Positions 1 through 6,759 of a stretch of DNA of 20,734 nt are shown here, in pieces. This DNA is from Candidatus Hydrogenedentota bacterium. Lineage in GTDB: Bacteria; Hydrogenedentota; Hydrogenedentia; Hydrogenedentales; SLHB01. Where the stretch lies: positions 1-20,734 of the forward strand of contig BTVY01000075.1 in NCBI GenBank assembly GCA_045863335.1, given 5' to 3'. The stretch's first letter is position 1. The number at the start of each line of letters is the position of its first letter. The translations under genes were made by a program, and so were the position numbers. A model generated the notes under the pieces. That model saw nothing but the letters and a program-made list of their open reading frames with translations, had not been told where the DNA came from and did not search any database.

Positions 1-55
1 CAGCCTCGCAATGCTTTACAACGTAACACCAGAATCTTAACCGGACACCAGTGAT
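1..55. repeat. Left copy of a 55-bp terminal inverted repeat; probably the end of a collapsed multicopy element
   Basis: 1-55 is the exact reverse complement of 20680-20734; identity stops at base 56. Confidence 0.95.
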
Positions 56-188
56 GCACTATTGCAAAACTCATCGCATATCGCAGCGATTTCGGCCGCA
101 CCCACTTTCCCAGGACGCGTTGTACCCCATAGCCGGCCGACAAGAAGATGATCGCGAACAGCACGAATATTACGATTGCACCACCCAT
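1..188 (-). pseudogene. Possible small membrane-protein gene running into the terminal repeat (3' partial)
   Basis: Not in the ORF track. ATG at 188 reads MGGAIVIFVLFAIIFLSAGYGVQRVLGKWVRPKSLRYAMSFAIVH, a clear hydrophobic helix, then enters the 55-bp repeat with no stop before the window edge. RBS is weak. Confidence 0.35.
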
Positions 189-293
189 CAGACCGCCAGA
201 AACCCTGTTCTCGGGGGCAGGGTGACATCCGCCTCCCCTCTTATTAGACGCTTGAAACCCCGGATCAGTGACATGTGTTCGATTTCGAGTGCG

Positions 294-557
294 TCATCGG
301 GTCACCTCATCCACGATTGCCACAATCGTCAGGTCCGCCGGGTTGAACTTGTCCGGCAAGGGAAAGGTCGCCTCGCGGCCCTGGGCCATGAAGACCCGCT
401 CACCGACGTTAACGCCGATGGCGTCGCAGGCGATGACGGACCGGCCGACGGGTTCGCTGTGTTCGTCGATGGGCTGGACGACGAGGAACTTCACGCCTTT
501 GAACGCGTCCAGCCGCTGGCTTGCGACCAAGCGTCCGATGACCTTACCGGGTATCAT
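294..557 (-). CDS. eutN: BMC vertex (pentamer) protein, EutN/CcmL family (BMC-P)
   Basis: 87 aa; GKVIGRLVAS, KFLVVQP, IACDAIGVNVGERV, DLTIVAIVD fit the EutN/CcmL pattern; 6 bp from the upstream BMC-T gene. Symbol is family-level. Confidence 0.93.
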   Translation of the reverse strand: MIPGKVIGRLVASQRLDAFKGVKFLVVQPIDEHSEPVGRSVIACDAIGVNVGERVFMAQGREATFPLPDKFNPADLTIVAIVDEVTR

Positions 558-563
558 GGTGCC

Positions 564-1121
564 TTACCATACATGTTTCTTTGTCAGAAAGTCGTAAAGT
601 TCCGAGTAGGGATTTGGGATCACGACGCGTTCCACGAGATCCGCACCGGCGATGGCAGCTCCCGCGTCGACCGAGGCCTCCACGTCGGCCACGTCGCCCA
701 CGAAGGTCGTGTAGCCCTTGCCGCCGATATGGTTGGCGAGGTGCAGGGTAATGAGCCGGACCGGCGCGGCCTTGCACGCAGCATCGGCCGCTTCGACAAT
801 CATGGCGGCGGACCGAGTTTCGAGGACTCCCACGGCGTCCAGGGACGGTATGGCCGCTTCGCCCCTGATGGCGGGGAGCACTTGGTCGTGGAGATTCGCC
901 AGGACGAAGGACTCGACAACGCGGTCTGCCCCCGCCGCCTCCACACCGGCGCGAACGGACGCCTCGACCGCAGCCACCTCGCCGGTGACCAGCGACATGT
1001 ATTTGCCGGGGGTAATCGGCCGCGACTCGATGAGGTCCACGGGCGCAGCCTTCACCATGGCATCGCTCGCGCGGATGCCCACGGCGATGGAGTCAAACTC
1101 GACCATCCCTAAAACGGACAT
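564..1121 (-). CDS. pduT: Tandem-domain BMC shell protein, PduT-like (BMC-T)
   Basis: 185 aa with two BMC domains ([23 protein letters not shown]; VGVLETRSAAMIVEAADAACKAA...IGGKGY...GDVADV...VIPNP). ITPGKY corresponds to PduT ICPGKF. Symbol is family-level. Confidence 0.9.
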   Translation of the reverse strand: MSVLGMVEFDSIAVGIRASDAMVKAAPVDLIESRPITPGKYMSLVTGEVAAVEASVRAGVEAAGADRVVESFVLANLHDQVLPAIRGEAAIPSLDAVGVLETRSAAMIVEAADAACKAAPVRLITLHLANHIGGKGYTTFVGDVADVEASVDAGAAIAGADLVERVVIPNPYSELYDFLTKKHVW

Positions 1122-1171
1122 GATGAGACCTCGGCACTTTCAGCAGATCTTGAACATGGCAAGAACACGGA

Positions 1172-1341
1172 CGAAGAACATCCCCCTTGATCCCCCTTCG
1201 AAGGGGGAGTGCGGCGCAACGCTTTGCCTTGCAACTCGTCAAACCAAGAGGCGAACCCTATGGAGTGCAGGCGGGGATGATCCAAAAAATCCGTTCGAAG
1301 GTATTCCCCCTTTGAAGGGGGATCAAGGGGGATGTTCTTCG
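1172..1341. repeat. Intergenic inverted-arm element A (REPIN-like)
   Basis: Arms 1172-1208 (CGAAGAACATCCCCCTTGATCCCCCTTCGAAGGGGGA) and 1305-1341 are inverted, 37 bp with 1 mismatch; 96-bp spacer. Confidence 0.95.
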
Positions 1342-1450
1342 GTACTGGCCTATCGACTTCGCTCATAGGTTATAGCCCATCGAAACATCGAAGGCGCGGC
1401 TCACCTTCCGTCCGATTCCACCTGTCACTAAAATCACCATGCCGTAGCCC

Positions 1451-2785
1451 TCATACAATCCGAAACGAATCGACCAGCGTACACCGCCGTTCGCGCGTGA
1501 AACTGATGGGCGACGTCATGCCTTCGCCAGTGGGGCTGGCGATGGTGAAGGACGTGTAGCCTTCCCCGCCCATGCCGAGGCCCGCGAAGGTGGGGCCGTT
1601 CTTCACGAAGATGGAGCAGTTGATGCGCCGGGCCATAGTGCTGAGCTTGTCGATGTTGCGGGAATGCATGGTGGCCGTGTGGCGGCGTCCGCCCTCGTAG
1701 GCCACGGCGAGGTCGATGGCCTCGTCCACGTTCGCGACGCGCACGATGGGCATGACCGGCATGAGCTGTTCGGTCCAGGGCAGCGCGTGGTCGCGGTCGA
1801 CCTCGCAAATCGCCAGGCGCGTCTCCGCCGGCGCGTCGATGCCGATTTCGCGCAGGATAAGGTTGGCATTCTTGCCGACCCAGCGTTTGTTGATGACGCC
1901 GCGGCGTCCCTGACGCGATTCGAAGATGACGTCGCAGAGCCGTTCGATGTCCTGTCCGGCGACTTCCACGCAACCGTTGGCAATCATGTGGCGCTTCAAT
2001 TCGTCGGCCACGGACGCAACCACGACGACTTCCTTCTCCGCCGTGCAGATGATGTTGTTGTCGAGGGACGCGCCATCCACGATGGCCTTCGCGGCCTTCG
2101 GGATGTCGGCGGTCTCGTCGACCACCGCCGGAGGATTGCCGGGTCCCGCCGCGATCACTTTCTTGCCCGACAGCATGGCTTCACGCACAACGCCGGGACC
2201 GCCGGTTACGCAGAGTAAGGCGATGCCGGGATGACGCATCAAGGCTTGCGCCGTCGCAATGTCGGGATCGGAGACAGCAGACACCAGTCCATCAGGCCCT
2301 CCGGCCTCGACCACCGCCGCATTCAGCACGTCGACGCAGAGCATCGAACACCGTTTCGCCGCGGGGTGGGCGTTGAACACAACGGCATTCCCGCCGCTAA
2401 GCATGGCGATGGAGTTGTTGATGACGGTTTCCGTCGGATTCGTCGTAGGGATGATGGACCCAATGACGCCGTGGGGCGCGCGCTCCATAAGCATGAGGCC
2501 GCGATCGCCGCTCTTCGCGCGCGGTTCCAGCATCTCGGGGCCGGGGGTCTTGATGGTGACCAACAGGTTCTTCTTTACTTTGTCCACCGCACGACCGAGA
2601 CCGGTCTCCTCCACGGCAAGGACGGACAACTCTTTCACATGCGCCTTCGCGGCAGCGCGCATGGCATCGACGATGCGGTACCGCAGATCAAGCGAGCACT
2701 GCTCCATCTGCTCAAAGGCGCGCCGCGCTCGCGCAACGGCGGCGTCGACATTGGGATGTGAAGTGTCTTTTAACACGTCGCTCAT
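1451..2785 (-). CDS. eutE: CoA-acylating aldehyde dehydrogenase, EutE/PduP family
   Basis: 444 aa; EETGLG..DK..KN, PHGVIGSIIPTTNP, TGGPGVV, AGPGNPP, catalytic DNNIICTAEKE, EQLMPVMP, GEGYTSFTIASPTGEG, and an EutE-like end RRCTLVDSFRIV. Symbol is family-level. Confidence 0.95.
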   Translation of the reverse strand: MSDVLKDTSHPNVDAAVARARRAFEQMEQCSLDLRYRIVDAMRAAAKAHVKELSVLAVEETGLGRAVDKVKKNLLVTIKTPGPEMLEPRAKSGDRGLMLMERAPHGVIGSIIPTTNPTETVINNSIAMLSGGNAVVFNAHPAAKRCSMLCVDVLNAAVVEAGGPDGLVSAVSDPDIATAQALMRHPGIALLCVTGGPGVVREAMLSGKKVIAAGPGNPPAVVDETADIPKAAKAIVDGASLDNNIICTAEKEVVVVASVADELKRHMIANGCVEVAGQDIERLCDVIFESRQGRRGVINKRWVGKNANLILREIGIDAPAETRLAICEVDRDHALPWTEQLMPVMPIVRVANVDEAIDLAVAYEGGRRHTATMHSRNIDKLSTMARRINCSIFVKNGPTFAGLGMGGEGYTSFTIASPTGEGMTSPISFTRERRCTLVDSFRIV

Positions 2786-3600
2786 GACTGGGACGATCCA
2801 ATTAAACCCGCAACAACCAGCACCGCATTATACGAAACGTGCGCCACCATGGAAGGGAAAATCGAGCCGAACCACTGACGCAAGCCGGTGAATATCCCGC
2901 CCATGATCGTTACGACGATTACGCCTGTCCAATCGCCGACCAATTGGGGCGCATGGACAATTCCGAACCACACGACCACTACGACTATGGCTACGGAAGT
3001 GCCCGCGAGTCGCTTAAGCGCGCCGTAGAGAAATCCACGGTAGTACAACTCTTCAAGTGCCGGGAGCGCAACCGCAATCAACGCGAAATAGGGCGACAAG
3101 GTCGGCTGGCCTCCCTCTTCCGACGGGGGATCGAAAACAAGGTCCATGATGGCGCCTTCGCCCGTGGAGAGGAAACTCATCAGAATACCCGCGACCACCG
3201 CGAGTCCGAGTCCAGCGGCGCCGCAATACGCCAGCTTTCGCCACGAAACCGCGCGTAACGCAAAGGCTTCCCGTAGTGGTATGCAGTATTTCCTCGAACC
3301 GAAGTACCATATGACGACGAGCGTTCCCAGCCAGGAGAAGGTCATGGCGGGCAGCAGGTACTGAACTCGAATTTCCAATGCGGCCGGATTGAATCCGGAA
3401 ACGCCAAACAAGACCGCGAGCGTCAGGAACGAGAGCCCGAGTTCGATTGCCCAGATGATGCCGACAGCGGTCGCAAGGTCTTTCCAGCCTGGCTCGGTGC
3501 GGACTTGCGCGATAGCGGCCCAGTCTGAACTAGGCTCACTGCCTTCGACGAACTCGTTCTGAGCCGCGTTTTCCTGTTCTTCGACGCTTTCATCCGTCAT
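2782..3600 (-). CDS. CPBP (CAAX/Abi, Rce1-like) intramembrane glutamic endopeptidase
   Basis: 272 aa, many hydrophobic segments; motifs EELYYRG, FGIVH and HVSYN. Overlaps BMC-P by 11 nt and the aldehyde dehydrogenase by ATGA. Confidence 0.9.
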   Translation of the reverse strand: MTDESVEEQENAAQNEFVEGSEPSSDWAAIAQVRTEPGWKDLATAVGIIWAIELGLSFLTLAVLFGVSGFNPAALEIRVQYLLPAMTFSWLGTLVVIWYFGSRKYCIPLREAFALRAVSWRKLAYCGAAGLGLAVVAGILMSFLSTGEGAIMDLVFDPPSEEGGQPTLSPYFALIAVALPALEELYYRGFLYGALKRLAGTSVAIVVVVVWFGIVHAPQLVGDWTGVIVVTIMGGIFTGLRQWFGSIFPSMVAHVSYNAVLVVAGLIGSSQS

Positions 3601-3886
3601 GCTTGCGCCATTTGGTCTGGCCTTCGACGTCCCAGGAGTCGACGATGGCCATGATCACCGCGTCGCTCGGGCGGTCCTTGGTGGCCTCGGTCAAGCGCGC
3701 GGAACTGCCGGACGCGACGAGAACAACTTCCCCGACCCCTGCGCCAACGGCATCCACCGCTACCACGTAAGCGCCGGTGTCCTTCGCGTCGAGATCGAGG
3801 ATGCGCACGACGAGGAATTTGCGGCCCTCGAGGGTCGCCTCTTTCGCGGTTGATACGACGGTTCCGGCTACTCGGCCAATCTGCAT
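3590..3886 (-). CDS. eutN: BMC vertex (pentamer) protein, EutN/CcmL family (BMC-P)
   Basis: Start moved to ATG 3886 (AAGGAG upstream; the longer ORF runs through element B). MQIGRVAGTVVSTAK...VAVDAVGAGVGEVVLVASGSSAR...DAVIMAIVD. Symbol is family-level. Confidence 0.95.
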   Translation of the reverse strand: MQIGRVAGTVVSTAKEATLEGRKFLVVRILDLDAKDTGAYVVAVDAVGAGVGEVVLVASGSSARLTEATKDRPSDAVIMAIVDSWDVEGQTKWRKHDG

Positions 3887-3903
3887 GTGGGCTCCTTGTT
3901 GTG

Positions 3904-4071
3904 GAAGAACATCCCCCTTGATCCCCCTTCGAAGGGGGAATTGCGCCCGGCAAATGCCATTGGTAATCACGATGCCCTTGTCATGATACCGAAGTCTGCA
4001 CAATTCCAACCGCAACGCGAAGCGTTGCAACTAATTCCCCCTTTGAAGGGGGATCAAGGGGGATGTTATTC
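3904..4071. repeat. Intergenic inverted-arm element B (REPIN-like)
   Basis: Arms 3904-3942 and 4033-4071 are inverted, 39 bp with 2 mismatches; internal hairpin GCAACGC-GAA-GCGTTGC at 4012-4028. Confidence 0.95.
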
Positions 4072-4080
4072 GGGCGCAGT

Positions 4081-4386
4081 CTACCGCTTGGATTCCTTGG
4101 CAGCTTCGTCTTTGCGGCCCAGGGGCAACGCCGTATCCACGTTCGCATGGGGACGCGGGATGATGTGGACGCTCACCACTTCGCCGACCGCGCGGGCACC
4201 ACGTTCCCCGGCTTCGCAGGCGGCCTTCACCGCTGCTACGTCGCCGCGGACGATTGCCGTCACGTAACCGCCGCCTATCTTCTCGTAGCCGACCAACTCC
4301 ACCTTGGCCGCTTTGACCATGGCGTCGGACGCCTCCACCATCGCGGCGAAGCCCCGCGTTTCCACCATTCCCAGTGCATCAGCCAT
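4081..4386 (-). CDS. eutM: BMC hexamer shell protein (BMC-H; EutM/PduA/CcmK family)
   Basis: 101 aa; [21 protein letters not shown] pore loop, [18 protein letters not shown]; AGGGAG RBS. Symbol is family-level. Confidence 0.97.
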   Translation of the reverse strand: MADALGMVETRGFAAMVEASDAMVKAAKVELVGYEKIGGGYVTAIVRGDVAAVKAACEAGERGARAVGEVVSVHIIPRPHANVDTALPLGRKDEAAKESKR

Positions 4387-4451
4387 TGCGTTTCTCCCTT
4401 CAACCCCAACGTGAGGTCTTTGCCATTCTATAAACTCACTCCCGAGGCGTT

Positions 4452-4625
4452 AACATCCCCCCGCCCTCCGGGCGACCCCCTTAAAAGGGGGATGGGGAGC
4501 GTCACGGTTTCAGAGCTTGATTCGTGATACCCGTGCGAAAAGACAATCAGCTATGTCCACTAATGCAAATCGGTAGCAAATCCCCCTTTGAAGGGGGTGC
4601 CCCGCAGGGGCGGGGGATGTTCTTC
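4452..4625. repeat. Intergenic inverted-arm element C (variant with a hairpin inserted in each arm)
   Basis: Arms 4452-4493 and 4580-4625: AACAT-C5-[5-bp stem, 3-nt loop]-A-C5-TTNAAA-G5. The TTGAT linker of A, B and D is replaced by a mini-hairpin. Confidence 0.88.
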
Positions 4626-4669
4626 AGTCTCGCCCGCAACATTCGGGCCGATTTAATCCGCCCCAGTAC

Positions 4670-5287
4670 TTACGCGTCCCGTCCGGAGAGGCCTTCGAGT
4701 GACTGAATCGCCGCTTCGCTGCCGACGACCACGTCCGCTTCCTCGCCTCCCAGGTAGAGGCGGCCGAAGTTGCCGAAGGGCCGAATGTCCACCAGCGTGA
4801 CCCGGCTCGCCTTCTCCGCCTCGTTGGCTGCCAGTATAGCGTAAAGGGCGGGCTGCGTCTCCAGAATGAAGAGGGTCTGTCCGGCGAGCAGCATGGAGCC
4901 GCTGCGGTTCTTGTTGATGAGAGAGGCGTGATACGGATCAACCTTGCGGATGACGGTGCTGGACGCAATGCGCGGCTTCTGCCGGTCGGACTCTTTCAAA
5001 CCAAGCGCGTCGAGGACCGCTTGTCCCGCCTGGCGGACGTTGGCCTGGGATTCGGAGTGGACTTCGAGCGTCCCGAAGCTGCGTTCGACCACCTGGATGG
5101 CGGGTCGCACATCGGTGGCCTTCACGGCGATGTCGAGGAGCCGGACGATCTCCATACCGGGCGCGACTTCGACGAAAAGGTTGGACATGCCCGCGACAGG
5201 CATATAGCCCTGCACCGTGGACGCCATGAAGGACGCCAATTGCTCCTGCAAACTGTCGAGAATGATGTAGCTGCGTAACTCCGCCAT
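4670..5287 (-). CDS. Permuted, double-stacking BMC trimer protein (BMC-Tdp; CcmP/CsoS1D-like)
   Basis: Start at ATG 5287 after GGAGG. ELRSYIILDSLQ.QLASF, VEVAPG, QVVERSFGTLEVH, LFILETQPA.YA.LAANEAEKA and FGRLYLGG are typical of this family. Confidence 0.92.
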   Translation of the reverse strand: MAELRSYIILDSLQEQLASFMASTVQGYMPVAGMSNLFVEVAPGMEIVRLLDIAVKATDVRPAIQVVERSFGTLEVHSESQANVRQAGQAVLDALGLKESDRQKPRIASSTVIRKVDPYHASLINKNRSGSMLLAGQTLFILETQPALYAILAANEAEKASRVTLVDIRPFGNFGRLYLGGEEADVVVGSEAAIQSLEGLSGRDA

Positions 5288-5356
5288 AACCTCCACCGAA
5301 ACCCCAAGTACATACGACTACGACGACCCTCGCCCTTTGCGATGGAATCAAGAAGC

Positions 5357-5528
5357 CGAAGAACATCCCCCTTGATCCCCCTTCAAAGGGGGAACTATTC
5401 GCAACGCTTCGCGTTGCATTGAGCATGAACGAACGCCTCAACTTCCCGAACGAGACGATACTGGCTTTGGTCAACTTCGACGTGCGCAAACTCCCCCTTT
5501 GAAGGGGGATCAAGGGGGATGTTCTTCG
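5357..5528. repeat. Intergenic inverted-arm element D (REPIN-like)
   Basis: Arms 5357-5393 and 5492-5528 form a perfect 37-bp inverted repeat; hairpin GCAACGC-TTC-GCGTTGC at 5401-5417; 98-bp spacer. Confidence 0.95.
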
Positions 5529-5560
5529 ATTCGAGCGAAGTCACTCGCGAATCCCCACGA

Positions 5561-6493
5561 TCAATACACGGGCGTACACCAGTGGGCGTACTTTGCGACT
5601 TTCCCCAGGACGATCTGGAAATAGAGATCCTGCAACTTCTTCGAGATCGGACCCGGTTCGCCATTGCCGATCTTGCGGCGGTCGACGGATCGAACCGGCG
5701 CGACCTGTGCGCCCGTGCCGGTGAAGAAGACTTCGTCGGACACGTACAGCTCGGTCCGCGAGATGGCCCGTTCGATGACCGGAATGCCCAACTCCTCCGC
5801 GGCGATCTCCATGACGGTGTTGCGGGTAATCCCCACGAGGATGTCCGCCGTAGGCGGTGTGGTGATGAGTTTGCCATCCTGCACGATGAAGAGGTTCATG
5901 GCGCTGCCTTCGGCGACGCTGCCGTCTTCGCGCAGGAAGATGGCCTCGTCAAAGCCCGCCTGCTTGGCTTCGCTCGATGCCAACGAGGAGTTGATGTAGC
6001 TGCCGACCGTCTTGGCGCGGCTGGGGATGGCGTTATCGGAAAGCCGCCGCCACGACGAAACGACCACGTCGAGTCCCGACGCAATGTCCACGTAGTCGCC
6101 CAGCTTCATGATCCAGCAGCAGAACCGGCTGTCCACGTCGTGGAGCTTCGGACCGAGCGAGTGTTCGCACTTGTATCCGATGGGCCGGATATACACGCCT
6201 TCGCGGAACTCAGACCGTTTGACCAGCTCGACGCAGATTTTTTCGATCTGTTCCCGGGTCTCAGCCACGTTCATGCACAGGATAGAAAAGTTCCGGACGA
6301 ACCGGTCCACGTGCTCTTTCAACCGAAAGATGAGGATGTTGTTGTCATCGGGACAGTGATACCCGCGGATGCCCTCGAACAGGGCCGTGCCATAATTAAA
6401 GGAATGGGTCAGGATACTGACGTTCGCCTTCTCGATGGGGACATAATTCCCCTCGAAATACGCAATCGGACCCGGTTCCATCTTCTTCGCCAT
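5561..6493 (-). CDS. ilvE: Branched-chain amino acid aminotransferase (PLP fold type IV)
   Basis: Start at ATG 6493 (GGGGAG RBS). THSFNYGTALFEGIRGY, FRLKEH..R, YIRP, RAKTVGSY (PLP Lys), EGSAMNLF, ILVGITR, DEVFFTGT. Confidence 0.93.
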   Translation of the reverse strand: MAKKMEPGPIAYFEGNYVPIEKANVSILTHSFNYGTALFEGIRGYHCPDDNNILIFRLKEHVDRFVRNFSILCMNVAETREQIEKICVELVKRSEFREGVYIRPIGYKCEHSLGPKLHDVDSRFCCWIMKLGDYVDIASGLDVVVSSWRRLSDNAIPSRAKTVGSYINSSLASSEAKQAGFDEAIFLREDGSVAEGSAMNLFIVQDGKLITTPPTADILVGITRNTVMEIAAEELGIPVIERAISRTELYVSDEVFFTGTGAQVAPVRSVDRRKIGNGEPGPISKKLQDLYFQIVLGKVAKYAHWCTPVY

Positions 6494-6639
6494 CAATACT
6501 TCTCCCCAAACTCCGGGCGCAAGCCCTTGGACGTTCTGTGACACTGGCCTGAAACGACAAGACTCCTTCAAAAGGAACTGGCTTCATGCACACGCGGACC
6601 GGGCTTACACCCCCCGGGCACCGCGCGCGGGATCGTACC

Positions 6640-6668
6640 ACTCTAATCGCAGCGATGCACGCAGTCAA
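6640..6668 (-). promoter_or_regulatory. Candidate sigma70 promoter for ilvE and possibly the BMC operon
   Basis: TTGACT-N17-TAGAGT on the minus strand in the divergent intergenic region. Confidence 0.5.
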
Positions 6669-6696
6669 TTTGCCGGTGCTCCGCTTCCGGCCAATT

Positions 6697-6726
6697 TTGA
6701 CCCTTCCCGTCACAAACCAGTACACT
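6697..6726 (+). promoter_or_regulatory. Candidate sigma70 promoter for the DegT-family gene
   Basis: TTGACC-N18-TACACT ending 33 bp before ATG 6760. Confidence 0.5.
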
Positions 6727-6759
6727 TCACCGGGGTTTTTCATCAATGGGAGAAGTTTC

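Noticed and set aside
37-228. 63-aa minus-strand ORF with a good GGAGG RBS
   Set aside because: No recognisable motif and its stop lies within the terminal repeat; the overlapping frame from 188 looks more protein-like. A frameshifted gene cannot be excluded.
51-1112. 353-aa plus-strand ORF
   Set aside because: Antisense shadow of the BMC-P and BMC-T genes in GC-rich DNA; no motifs.
1109-1366. Small ORFs sharing KNIPLDPPSKGE / KGDQGGCS peptides (also 3887-4267, 5395-5877)
   Set aside because: These are translations of the repeat arms, not a protein family.
1172-5528. CRISPR array (37-bp repeats with unique spacers)
   Set aside because: Repeats are inverted pairs dispersed between genes, spacers are ~90 bp, and no cas genes are present.
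5519-6541. 340-aa plus-strand ORF
   Set aside because: Antisense to ilvE and starts inside element D.
6494-6639. Attenuator or leader peptide upstream of ilvE; CTCCTTCAAAAGGA as a degenerate arm
   Set aside because: No short Leu/Ile/Val-rich ORF, T-box or U-tailed terminator seen; the arm match is too short to support.
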